64,000 bases of DNA from contig CAMDFF010000004.1 in NCBI GenBank assembly GCA_945897315.1, positions 1,018 to 65,017 on the forward strand. Direction: 5' to 3'. The DNA is from a candidate division TM6 bacterium UASB124 (GTDB lineage: Bacteria; Babelota; Babeliae; Babelales; RVW-14). Shown here piece after piece: positions 18,834-27,987 of the stretch (positions are counted from its first letter, which is position 1; the number at the start of each line of letters is the position of its first letter). A program made the translations under genes and the position numbers. Under the pieces are notes generated by a model, which was not told the origin of the DNA, searched no databases, and was given only the letters and a program-made list of their open reading frames with translations.

Positions 18834-19436
18834 TTAATCATCATCACCGCCGGCTCCAGCTCCTCCTCCAGCTTCTGCTGGTAGGCCTTCTAAGGACATC
18901 TTTTCATGCATAATTATGTCCTCAGCTAAATACAATAAAGCCTCTTGAATAAGGCCTGTTGCTAGCTCATCAGGCGTAACAGTCGCTACAATATAACGAA
19001 AAGCAAGCTCAGGATTGCAGACAAGTCTCATATCTTCTCTGCTCTCTTCATCAGAATGATACCCGTGGTTTGTGTTGAAACAAGGTCTTATTTTAGCCCG
19101 TAATGGATCAAGCGCGTGATCTATAGCGGGGTCTCCAGCGCGATACTTTCCATCAAGGGCGCGCAAAAATGCGAGCTTGTTCCGATTAAAAATAGCAGCA
19201 CTTTCTGGATGCATCGATAGTCCGTTATAGTCGCTTTTTTTTGTAATCAGTAATTCCTGTGCTTCCGGTGATATTATGTAGCTGGCTAGTGTATCTACTA
19301 CATTGTCTTCCATTGCATTGTCTTCAGCCTCTGGTGCTGGTGCCGCGGCGTGCACTGATAGTGGTCCGCTAATTAATCCAAGCGCAAACACCAATGCGCA
19401 TTGCCGTAAAAACGGCTGTTTTTTCTCGATAGGCAT
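18834..19436 (-). CDS. Secreted hypothetical protein
   Basis: AAGGAG lies upstream. The signal-like N-terminus is CALVFALGLISGPLSVHA, and the C-terminus ends ...EAGGGAGAGGDDD. Confidence 0.5.
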   Translation of the reverse strand: MPIEKKQPFLRQCALVFALGLISGPLSVHAAAPAPEAEDNAMEDNVVDTLASYIISPEAQELLITKKSDYNGLSMHPESAAIFNRNKLAFLRALDGKYRAGDPAIDHALDPLRAKIRPCFNTNHGYHSDEESREDMRLVCNPELAFRYIVATVTPDELATGLIQEALLYLAEDIIMHEKMSLEGLPAEAGGGAGAGGDDD

Positions 19437-19627
19437 ATTTTGCTCCTTGTCTAATGATGACCCTTTTTGAATATTCTATTTGAATTATGATCGATAGGTG
19501 GATTGCAAGTCAATGATTTATGTTTTAATCCATTTTGCAACATTTAGACAAGTGTAGGTTTTTTTGCTATGTTTTCGCCAGTTAGAATAACTTTAGGGGA
19601 CTTCTTTGTTTTCGCTAGGATTTGGTT

Positions 19628-20095
19628 ATGTTTGGTCTACATTTTGATATGAGTTTTTTGCCGTCTGCTGAAATAATGACAGGGTATTTTATTGACGGTG
19701 TGGCATTGGTAGGAGTGACAGCTCTTTGTTTGGTGATAACTGAGTATCTTCTTCCGTTGCGTGGGATACGCTTGAAGCCAATGGCTGCTTATGGTCCACT
19801 CATGGTTCTTCTTGCAGTAGGGCAATATTGCTGTACGACGTATTCGTATCTTCAGTGGGGTGTAATCTTGCAGCTATTGTTTTTAGTGATGCGTGTTATT
19901 CAGCTCCCTATAATTGCTGCTGCTCATCAAGAAAATCTGTGTATTTATGCCGGTGCGCTTGCCAATTTTATTCTGTATCTGTGGTACGTTTGGCTTGGTT
20001 TCACCAACTTTTTTGTTGTGATGCCTGGTGCTGTTTGTTTATACCTTGTATTATTATTTATGATCACAAAGAGACTAGCTAAGAAAGTGATCTAA
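19628..20095 (+). CDS. Integral membrane protein (hypothetical, about 4-5 TM)
   Basis: The protein consists of consecutive long hydrophobic segments. I recognise no family motif. Confidence 0.45.
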   Translation: MFGLHFDMSFLPSAEIMTGYFIDGVALVGVTALCLVITEYLLPLRGIRLKPMAAYGPLMVLLAVGQYCCTTYSYLQWGVILQLLFLVMRVIQLPIIAAAHQENLCIYAGALANFILYLWYVWLGFTNFFVVMPGAVCLYLVLLFMITKRLAKKVI

Positions 20096-20121
20096 AATCC
20101 CCCATTGTTTTGGAGTTAAAG

Positions 20122-20991
20122 ATGCAATTTAATCGAATTAAAACTGTTTTTTTGCTTGCTCTGATGAGCAGCCTATTTTTTCTTGTAGGCCATCTTATTG
20201 GTGGGACTAATGGTTTGGCAATTGCTCTTGTGATGGCATGCCTTTTCAATTTTGTTACCTACTATTTTTCAGATAAAATGGTGCTGGCGATGTATCGCGC
20301 TCAGCCGCTGGACAAAAATAAGTACGCTTGGATTTACGAAATAGTCGAAGAGCTTTGTTTTCAGGCAGGGTTGCCAATGCCAAAATTATGGCTTGTCCCA
20401 GGCAGCACTGCAAATGCATTTGCAACAGGTAGAAATCCTGCCCATGCATCAGTTGCGGTGACAGAGGGTATTCTTGAAATTCTTGATGCTAACGAATTGC
20501 GTGGGGTGCTTGCACATGAAATGTCGCATATTAAAAATCGCGATATTCTTGTTTGTACCGTTGCAGCAACATTGGCGGCTGCTATTAGTTATGTGGCACA
20601 AATGATGCAGTGGGCAATGATTTTTGGTGGCTCATCGCGTGATCGTGAAAATCGTGGTGGTGGATTGCTTCCAGCACTGGCTATTATCATTATTACCCCG
20701 CTGGCGGCGACGCTTTTACAGTTGGCTATTTCTCGATCAAGAGAATATTTGGCAGATGAGACGGGCGCAAAAACGTGTCACGATCCGCTTGCATTGGCTT
20801 CAGCGCTTGAAAAGCTTCATGGCAGTGCTCAGCGCTCTCATCGTGAAGCAGCATCTCCGGCAGAAGCAGCAACAGCAAGTTTGTGCATTGTGAATCCCTT
20901 TTCAATGAAGGGTGTTATGCATCTTTTGTCGACTCATCCACCTATGGAAGAGCGCGTAAAAAGATTGCGTGCGATGGCACGGGGCAAATAA
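20122..20991 (+). CDS. htpX: Zinc metalloprotease HtpX (M48)
   Basis: Carries the HExxH motif in VLAHEMSHIKNRD, N-terminal TM helices, and a C-terminal STHPPMEERVKRL. GGAG lies upstream of the ATG at 20122. Confidence 0.9.
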   Translation: MQFNRIKTVFLLALMSSLFFLVGHLIGGTNGLAIALVMACLFNFVTYYFSDKMVLAMYRAQPLDKNKYAWIYEIVEELCFQAGLPMPKLWLVPGSTANAFATGRNPAHASVAVTEGILEILDANELRGVLAHEMSHIKNRDILVCTVAATLAAAISYVAQMMQWAMIFGGSSRDRENRGGGLLPALAIIIITPLAATLLQLAISRSREYLADETGAKTCHDPLALASALEKLHGSAQRSHREAASPAEAATASLCIVNPFSMKGVMHLLSTHPPMEERVKRLRAMARGK

Positions 20992-21005
20992 ATCACATAA
21001 ATAAT

Positions 21006-21038
21006 AAAAAAGGGCTGCTATGCAAGCAGCCCTTTTTT
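21006..21038 (+). terminator. Rho-independent terminator (bidirectional shape)
   Basis: The stem pairs gggctgct with agcagccc, flanked by A6 upstream and T6 downstream. It lies between the convergent htpX and USP genes. Confidence 0.75.
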
Positions 21039-21058
21039 ACGAGAAATATATTTTTAAT

Positions 21059-22651
21059 TTACAGACTGCCTGCACCACCAGCTGCTGCTACAACGGGGTG
21101 GGCTTGCGCTCTACGAGGTACACGCTCATAGAAGAGCATGGTGGCATCAGCTTGTCCTGGAATAGGCATAAAGCAACCGGTTGTCACGTCTTCGCGTACC
21201 GGGAAGCTTTCTGGGGTATTAAAAAGGTGTGCATCATTGCAATAAATCCAGGTGCCTGTATTGGTAAATGTTCTAGCTGTTGGATCGTATTCAGTCTCTT
21301 GCCTTAATGTTGTCCAATGACCGCTATGCATGGTTTCACCACCATGAAAAAGAATCGCGGTAAGCATAAAGCGCGTGCCGTTAATTGTTAAAAACTTTTC
21401 TATGGCAAGGGGTGTTTTAATTTTCCCCTCGCGTTGTTCTAGAATTTGACCTGGTAGTGGTCCCATGAGATCATTTCTCACTGCACGCTTTACGTTCACC
21501 ACTAAAACTTTTTGAGGGGTTATGGTGGCTTGAATTTCTTCGCCACTATCCAGACGTTCTGCTGTTTCGTAATCTTTCATTAATTGAGTGACTGAGGTGG
21601 CGTGGGCTCCTGCAGGAAGAGTGCCAGGTATTGGGACGTTGACTATAAATTGGTCCTCTGAGGGCAAAATGTCATACTGTCTGAGTGCATTGAGTCGTGT
21701 TGTAGCAATGCTTGTTTTGCTTATAGTTTGATCATACGCAAACATGCTATTCATTAAACCTGTATAAAATTCATCAGCGGTTTGATTGCGTCTTCGTACG
21801 CCAGGTGCTGGAGCTGGAGCTCCTGTGCATAATTCATATGCTCTGTCAGCAAGTGCAGTATACGTTGGATCATTCGGTATAACGTAATGTGTGGTTGGCA
21901 GAAAATAGGTATCCCTAAAGGCTAGGAATACATTTAATAAAGCTGCATCAGTTGGGAAAGTCCGAGCAATTTCGGCTGGTAGTCGCATGATGTTTGCACG
22001 GTTGAAATTGTGTACATAGGTGCATAGCGTTGGGCTTGCAAACATGCCTTGCAGTGTTGCATTCATGAAACACATAATATCTGGATTGTTAATGCCTCTG
22101 ATCATACCGCTAGGGGCTACGCTTCCAGGAGTCGGCAGTAGTGGGTGATATGGTTTAACAAGAGCAGGTTGTTGTGGCTTCATAGATACTAATTCTCTTG
22201 TGACTGGAGCACTTGTGAAGAGTGTAGTAAGTTTTGCAGCAAGAATGCCGGCTAGAGCGGTAGCTTTTTGAAAGATTGTGCTTCTTGGAATTGGTATCGG
22301 TGCTTGAGGGTGTGTAGTGCATGGATTGGTAGTTGTTTGTTCAGTTGTAGGGCTTACACTGAGTGTTTGTGGTACCGCAGGAGGTATCGCTGGTGTTATG
22401 GTAGGTGCTGGGATGGGAGGCGTAGTCGATGTGTTAATCAGTGGGCGAGTCTTTTTAAGAGCAGCTTGCTGGATTTCTCCTGAAGGTTCATCGTCGTCAC
22501 TGCTTAAAACTATTGCCTGAGTTTCTATTTCAGCATGTTTTTTTGTTGCTGAGCGTGTTATGCGTTTTGCTGGATGACGATGACTCGTACAGGACAGATT
22601 ACTGTCTGCAAAAAACAGTGTAAATAGCGTAAAAATAGTATAAAAAATCAT
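21059..22651 (-). CDS. Secreted ubiquitin-specific protease-like cysteine peptidase (USP/UCH, C19-like)
   Basis: Has a Cys-box-like GINNPDIMCFMNATLQGMF and a His-box-like LTAILFHGGETMHSGHWTTL...WIYCNDAHL. The N-terminus is hydrophobic (MIFYTIFTLFTLFFA) and is followed by a Pro/Thr-rich linker. Confidence 0.75.
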   Translation of the reverse strand: MIFYTIFTLFTLFFADSNLSCTSHRHPAKRITRSATKKHAEIETQAIVLSSDDDEPSGEIQQAALKKTRPLINTSTTPPIPAPTITPAIPPAVPQTLSVSPTTEQTTTNPCTTHPQAPIPIPRSTIFQKATALAGILAAKLTTLFTSAPVTRELVSMKPQQPALVKPYHPLLPTPGSVAPSGMIRGINNPDIMCFMNATLQGMFASPTLCTYVHNFNRANIMRLPAEIARTFPTDAALLNVFLAFRDTYFLPTTHYVIPNDPTYTALADRAYELCTGAPAPAPGVRRRNQTADEFYTGLMNSMFAYDQTISKTSIATTRLNALRQYDILPSEDQFIVNVPIPGTLPAGAHATSVTQLMKDYETAERLDSGEEIQATITPQKVLVVNVKRAVRNDLMGPLPGQILEQREGKIKTPLAIEKFLTINGTRFMLTAILFHGGETMHSGHWTTLRQETEYDPTARTFTNTGTWIYCNDAHLFNTPESFPVREDVTTGCFMPIPGQADATMLFYERVPRRAQAHPVVAAAGGAGSL

Positions 22652-22878
22652 GATAACCTTCCTGTGTTAGATATTTTCAAGTAATTTCAGTTGTAATATT
22701 ATTTGTCAGTGTATCACGATTTTGTTACTTTAAAAAACGGCACAATTGACACTATTTGATTGAAGGAAGAAGCTTTTTCGTAAGAATAATGAAAAAAAGC
22801 TTAAAAAGTGGTTGCTAAGGTAAAACCTTTGTGGTACATTTTGTGCGTCTTTTACTCGTATTGACAAGTACATGATGT

Positions 22879-22965
22879 GCCGAGGTGGCGAAATTGGTAG
22901 ACGCACTGCTTTAAGGGGGCAGCGGGGTAAAACCCATGAAAGTTCGAGTCTTTTCCTCGGCACCA
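22879..22965 (+). tRNA. tRNA-Leu, anticodon AAG (class II, long variable arm, CCA encoded)
   Basis: The sequence is GCCGAGG-TG-GCGAAATTGGTAGACGC-A-CTGCT-TTAAGGG-GGCAG-variable arm-GAAAGTTCGAGTCTTTT-CCTCGGC-A-CCA. It aligns position by position with E. coli tRNA-Leu. The anticodon loop UU-AAG-GG lies at 22911-22917. Confidence 0.85.
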
Positions 22966-23107
22966 TTCTACGCTCTTCACCTTGAAGAGTTTGTAGCTAC
23001 GAATAGCAGGCCGTTGGCCGTGGCTCTGTGGGCTACGGTGTGATGACTTGTCCAAGAGAGAATCTAAAAAAGAATCGATAATGTTGGAGTCTGAAGGAGA
23101 ATTCAGG

Positions 23108-24751
23108 ATGCAAACACAATCTAAATTAGGCCGAGCGCTCGTTTCACCACTGATGTTGTGGGTTGGCGTTATTGTTGCCGGTAGTTATTTTATGCTGTCG
23201 CTTGATCAAAAAGCACTGAAGCAGCCTCGCCAGTCAGGTTTTCTTGGAACTGTGCAACATTATTATAATGCACTCAAATTTAGTCATATTAAAAAAGGCA
23301 TCGATCTTGAGGGTGGTACCTATTTGGTTCTTACCGTTGAAATTGAAAAAGCACTTGAAATCAAGTTGTTTGGCGAAGGCCGCAGTTTTGATAATGCGTT
23401 AAAGGCAAAAGGCCTTGCTCTTCCTGCTAAAAAAGAAGTTGCCGATACCGGTCTGAATATGATTTTTCTAAATGATGTTGAAGCAAAAGCGGCTTATGCA
23501 GCACTGAAAGAATCAAAAACAAATTCGCTGCGCTTAAAAGTAAGTGACAACGTACTTCGTGCAACATTTGCACCAGACGTTGAACAAGCGGTTCGCACAG
23601 GGGTTGTTGAACAGGGTGTGAACGTGCTGACCAATCGTCTTGGTGGCTATGGAGTTGAAGGTATTATTGTACAGCAGCATGGCGACCATCAAATAGTCGT
23701 TCAGCTTCCTGGAATTGATGATCCTGAACATGTAAAGTCTGTTATTACAAAAACAGCATTGCTTGAATTTAAAATTGTAGAAAAAATGGCTAGCTCCCGT
23801 GAGTCATTGCTTGATGAGTATGACGGCGAGTTGCCATCAGACAAAATGATTGTGCCTGGTCGTCGCGGTAGCGATGAAGAAGGTCATGGACAGTTCTTTT
23901 TGGTGTCAGCGTTCCCTGATCTTACCGGCGACCATTTGATTGGCGCAACGGTTGATCATGATGAGTATAACAAGCCAATGGTAAGCTTTAAGCTTGATAG
24001 TGAAGGCGGTCGTGAATTTGGCGAACTAACTTCAAATAATATTAAGCGCAATCTGGGTATTATTATTGACGATGTTATGTATACCTATCCACAGATTCAG
24101 ACAGCTATTACTGGCGGTTCTGGTATTATTAATCATATTGCGAGCGTACAAGAAGCACTGGATCTTTCAATTATTCTTAAGTCTGGTTCGCTCCAGGCAC
24201 CGCTTAAAATTGAGCAAGAAAACCGCGTTGGCGCATCACTTGGGCAAGATTCAATTTATAAAGGTGTTTTGGCTTGCGTAGTTGCTCTTGCGATGTTGTT
24301 TTTCTTTAGCTTGGCGTACTATAAAATTCCAGGGCTCTTTGCGATTATTGCGCTGCTGGTAAACATTTTTTTAACGTTATTATTTTTATCATACTTCAAA
24401 GCGACCTTGACATTGCCTGGTATTGCGGGTATCGTACTGACCATCGGCATGGCAATTGACGCTTCAATATTGATTTATGAACGCGTTAAAGATGAGCTGA
24501 AAATCGGTGTTCCTTTCAAAAAGGCAATGCTTGATGGCTTCTCTGACGCAATGCCCGTGATCTTAGACTCAAATATTACAACGTTTCTGACAGGCTTAGT
24601 GCTTTTCTGGTACGGTGGACCGGCAATCAAGGGATTTGCTGTTACATTGATGGCTGGTATTGTTGCAACACTTTTGTCAGGCGTGCTGTTTCTTAAGGCT
24701 ATGTACAAGTTTTGTTTTGATTGTACAAATATTAAACAGTTTAAAATATAG
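23108..24751 (+). CDS. secD: Protein translocase subunit SecD
   Basis: Has an N-terminal TM, a large periplasmic domain (GIDLEGG..., QLPGIDDPE) and a C-terminal 5-TM block (LPGIAGIVLTIGMAIDASILIYERVKDE). AAGGAG lies upstream of the ATG at 23108. No adjacent secF is present. Confidence 0.9.
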   Translation: MQTQSKLGRALVSPLMLWVGVIVAGSYFMLSLDQKALKQPRQSGFLGTVQHYYNALKFSHIKKGIDLEGGTYLVLTVEIEKALEIKLFGEGRSFDNALKAKGLALPAKKEVADTGLNMIFLNDVEAKAAYAALKESKTNSLRLKVSDNVLRATFAPDVEQAVRTGVVEQGVNVLTNRLGGYGVEGIIVQQHGDHQIVVQLPGIDDPEHVKSVITKTALLEFKIVEKMASSRESLLDEYDGELPSDKMIVPGRRGSDEEGHGQFFLVSAFPDLTGDHLIGATVDHDEYNKPMVSFKLDSEGGREFGELTSNNIKRNLGIIIDDVMYTYPQIQTAITGGSGIINHIASVQEALDLSIILKSGSLQAPLKIEQENRVGASLGQDSIYKGVLACVVALAMLFFFSLAYYKIPGLFAIIALLVNIFLTLLFLSYFKATLTLPGIAGIVLTIGMAIDASILIYERVKDELKIGVPFKKAMLDGFSDAMPVILDSNITTFLTGLVLFWYGGPAIKGFAVTLMAGIVATLLSGVLFLKAMYKFCFDCTNIKQFKI

Positions 24752-24763
24752 TAATTCTGTAGC

Positions 24764-24840
24764 GGCGACGTAGCTCAGTTGGTTAGAGCGACGGAATCAT
24801 AATCCGTAGGTCCTGAGTTCGAATCTCAGCGTCGCTACCA
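24764..24840 (+). tRNA. tRNA with anticodon CAT (elongator Met; Ile2-lysidine type not excluded)
   Basis: The sequence is GGCGACG-TA-GCTCAGTTGGTTAGAGC-G-ACGGA-ATCATAA-TCCGT-AGGTC-CTGAGTTCGAATCTCAG-CGTCGCT-A-CCA. It lacks the initiator features of three G:C pairs in the anticodon stem and a 1:72 mismatch. Confidence 0.85.
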
Positions 24841-24856
24841 AAAAATTAGGTACCCT

Positions 24857-25459
24857 GTGTTTATAGCGTTCCTGTTCCTTACTTTAGGGTATGTGATAGG
24901 CGCGATTTCCACAGGGTACTTTTTTTGTCGCTACTTTTTCAAAGTAGATATTACTGAGCATGGATCAGGCAATAGCGGAGCTTCTAACGTAGCTCGGGTT
25001 CTTGGTAAAAAATATTTTATTATTATTGCTTTGTTTGATGTGTTTAAAGCGTATGCTTTACTTGCTCTTGGTCAATTCACCATCGGGCTGTATTATCTGC
25101 CTGCGTTGTTTTTGTATGCAATGATGGCTGGCCTGTTGATTGGTAATGCCTACTCGATGTTTCTTAGCTTTCGAGGGGGCAAGGGAGTTGCTACGGCACT
25201 GGGCATTATGTTTTTTGTATTGGTATGGCATATATGTGGTCTCTTTATGACCTCATGGCTTTTGCTGGTGACGGTTACAAGAGAGCCATTTATTGCTTCT
25301 CTTGTGTCTATTAGTGTGGTACTTGGTGTGCTACTAGCATATGGCAATCCAGAACAAGCATTGTTGATTGGTACTATTGCTCTGTGGCTTTTATTTCGTC
25401 ATCAGGCTAATATTATTGCCTGGATTAAAAAATATAAAAATACGCCCATCGTGAAGTAA
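24857..25459 (+). CDS. plsY: Glycerol-3-phosphate acyltransferase PlsY
   Basis: Has the GSGNSGASNVARVLG motif, a polytopic membrane profile and a GTG start. Confidence 0.9.
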   Translation: MFIAFLFLTLGYVIGAISTGYFFCRYFFKVDITEHGSGNSGASNVARVLGKKYFIIIALFDVFKAYALLALGQFTIGLYYLPALFLYAMMAGLLIGNAYSMFLSFRGGKGVATALGIMFFVLVWHICGLFMTSWLLLVTVTREPFIASLVSISVVLGVLLAYGNPEQALLIGTIALWLLFRHQANIIAWIKKYKNTPIVK

Positions 25460-25488
25460 GGGCTTCTAACTATTATCGTGTGATTTAT

Positions 25489-27252
25489 ATGAAGTTTTCT
25501 TATGTTGCAGAAATATTTAATCGTGTTGAGCAAGAGAGTGCACGTACCTCGATTACCGTAATATTGGCAGAGCTTTTTAGCAAGGCAGATGCTCATGAAG
25601 CAAGTGTCATTGCTTATTTTTCTCTTGGCTCGCTCAAGCCACCATATCTTGGTGCACAATTTAACCTAGCAGAAAAAAGTTTAATCAATATTATCGCACA
25701 GCTTTTGAATGTTGCTGTTGATATTGTAAAAAAAGAGCTTAAATTAGTCGGTGATTTAGGGTCTATTGTTGCTCAGTACTCATGGGGCATAGAGTCATCT
25801 GTTCTTTCATTGGTTGACGTAGAACGCAGTTTGCAACAGGTTCTTCTGATGAGCGGAACTGGTTCACAAGATATTCGTGAGCAAGCAGTGCTAAAACTAT
25901 TACAAGCTCTAGATCCAGTCTCAGCAAAATATGTTTTACGTATTATCGAAGGTAACTTGCGCCTTGGATTTTCTGATATGACCTTGCTTGATGCGTTTTC
26001 TTGGATGCAGACTGGCGATAAATCATTGCGAGCAGATTTAGAGCAATCATACAATGTTTCTGCTGATATTGGCCTAATTATTGGAACACTCAAGACAGAT
26101 GGCGTTGCAGGTATTCGTGCGATGGCCATTACTCCTGGTATTCCTATTCGCCCATCTGCAGCAGAACGTTTACCAGATGCTGCTGCGATTATTAAAAAAT
26201 TAGGGACGTGTGTTGCGCAGCCAAAGCTTGATGGGTTTCGCTTGCAGGTTCATCTGGATAATAGATCGCAAGAAAAAATTGTCCGTTTTTTCTCACGCAA
26301 TTTACTCGACATGTCAGCGATGTTTCCTGACTTAATTGCATCCTTGCATGAGCTGCAGGTTGATCAACTGATTGTTGAAGGAGAGGCGATTTGTATTGAT
26401 CCGCAGACAGGTAATTTTTTACCATTTCAAGAAACAGTAAAGCGTAAACGTAAGCATAATATTGCCCAAGTAGCAGAAGATTTTCCTCTTAAATTATATT
26501 TATTTGATGTGCTATTTTTAGATGGGCAGTCACTACTGACAAAAACCCATGAAGAGCGCCGTTCTATAATGCTTCAGTTGTGTGCTAATAAAGCGTTGCA
26601 GGAGCATGGCATTATCAAAGTGATTGATGAACACGTTATGCATGATGCAGAAACGCTTTATAACTACTTTGAAGAGACGGTGACAATGGGGCTTGAGGGC
26701 CTGGTAGTTAAACGTCCTGACGCTGTGTATCAGCCTGGTAAGCGTAATTTTAACTGGATTAAATTGAAGCGAGAAGAGACAGGATCACTTGATGATACGC
26801 TCGACTGCGTTGTTTTGGGATACTACGCTGGTCAAGGTAAGCGTGCACAATTTGGTATTGGCGCATTGCTTGTTGGTGTGTATCACCCGGGGAATGACGA
26901 ATTTCAGACTGTTGCAAAAATTGGTACAGGGTTTACTGATGCAGAATGGCGTGAAGTAAAAATAACCTGTGATGCGCTTAAAGTAATGCATCAACCGCAT
27001 AATGTGGTGTGCAAAAAAGAGCTTTATCCTGATGTGTGGGTTGATCCGTCAGTTGTCTGTATGATTCGTGCAGATGAAATTACGCTGTCGCCATCGCATA
27101 CTGCTCATGCAACAACAGAAAAACTTGGCTATGCTTTGCGGTTTCCACGGTTTATGGGCTATCGTCCTGATAAATCAGCAACAGCTGCTACGACATCACT
27201 GGAAGTTCAGAGTCTCTACCACCTGCAATTTGAGAAAAAGTCTAAAAAATAA
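25489..27252 (+). CDS. ATP-dependent DNA ligase (Lig1/archaeal-like, with N-terminal DNA-binding domain)
   Basis: Has the adenylation motif I in AQPKLDGFRLQVH, then EGEAICID, LYLFDVLFLDG and LEGLVVKRPDAVYQPGKRNFNWIKLK. The protein is about 587 aa with a long N-terminal domain. The start is taken at the ATG at 25489. Confidence 0.9.
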   Translation: MKFSYVAEIFNRVEQESARTSITVILAELFSKADAHEASVIAYFSLGSLKPPYLGAQFNLAEKSLINIIAQLLNVAVDIVKKELKLVGDLGSIVAQYSWGIESSVLSLVDVERSLQQVLLMSGTGSQDIREQAVLKLLQALDPVSAKYVLRIIEGNLRLGFSDMTLLDAFSWMQTGDKSLRADLEQSYNVSADIGLIIGTLKTDGVAGIRAMAITPGIPIRPSAAERLPDAAAIIKKLGTCVAQPKLDGFRLQVHLDNRSQEKIVRFFSRNLLDMSAMFPDLIASLHELQVDQLIVEGEAICIDPQTGNFLPFQETVKRKRKHNIAQVAEDFPLKLYLFDVLFLDGQSLLTKTHEERRSIMLQLCANKALQEHGIIKVIDEHVMHDAETLYNYFEETVTMGLEGLVVKRPDAVYQPGKRNFNWIKLKREETGSLDDTLDCVVLGYYAGQGKRAQFGIGALLVGVYHPGNDEFQTVAKIGTGFTDAEWREVKITCDALKVMHQPHNVVCKKELYPDVWVDPSVVCMIRADEITLSPSHTAHATTEKLGYALRFPRFMGYRPDKSATAATTSLEVQSLYHLQFEKKSKK

Positions 27253-27327
27253 TATGACATTATGCATGCCACTGTATGGCGCCTGGGATGTATTATCTAG
27301 AGAGGTTAATCATCTTGTTGTAGCCAA

Positions 27328-27951
27328 CTAAGGGGTTGTTTTTGCTGCTGGTTTTGCGGTGCTTCCAGCAGAAGCAACACCAGGACCTGCCGCGGCATAT
27401 TTAATTCTTGCTGTTGTAATTTCTTTGGTAATCGACTCTATGTCAGCTTGGGCTTTGGCTGCTTGTTTCTTAGCATTGGATGCCTCTTGTTTTTCAGCAT
27501 CAGTATTGGCTGCTTTTGTCATACCATCGCTGGCGCTAGCAATAGCAGTCTCACTCGATATAATTCCTGCTGTTTGTTCTGTAATGAGGCTTCCAAGTGT
27601 TGTGTTCACACTTCCTATTTTTGCTTCGCATAAGCTGACGGTATCAGTTGCTTTCTTAAGACTGTTTTGTGCATCTGTAAGCTGTTGCTGGAAAATTTGG
27701 ATCTGCTCCATATATTTTTTAATATTAGAGGTAGCGGTATTTTTTTCTGTGGTAATTACATCATATTGATTTTTTACTTCAGAAGATGATGATTTTAGAG
27801 AATCAGTAATTTTAGCGAGCGTTGCAATATGTGCCGTGAAGGTTGTTTTGTAAATTTCATATTGTGACATTGCAGATGCTAAATTATCTGTTGATGGGTT
27901 GAGTGTGGGAGTAAGTATTAAGCAAAAAATAAAAAATACTGTACGTTTCAT
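27328..27951 (-). CDS. Secreted coiled-coil protein (hypothetical)
   Basis: Has the signal MKRTVFFIFCLILTPTL, followed by helical low-complexity sequence rich in S, T, A, K and Q. Confidence 0.5.
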   Translation of the reverse strand: MKRTVFFIFCLILTPTLNPSTDNLASAMSQYEIYKTTFTAHIATLAKITDSLKSSSSEVKNQYDVITTEKNTATSNIKKYMEQIQIFQQQLTDAQNSLKKATDTVSLCEAKIGSVNTTLGSLITEQTAGIISSETAIASASDGMTKAANTDAEKQEASNAKKQAAKAQADIESITKEITTARIKYAAAGPGVASAGSTAKPAAKTTP

Positions 27952-27987
27952 ACCAGGTCCTTTATGTACTATATCATGTGTACTGGG

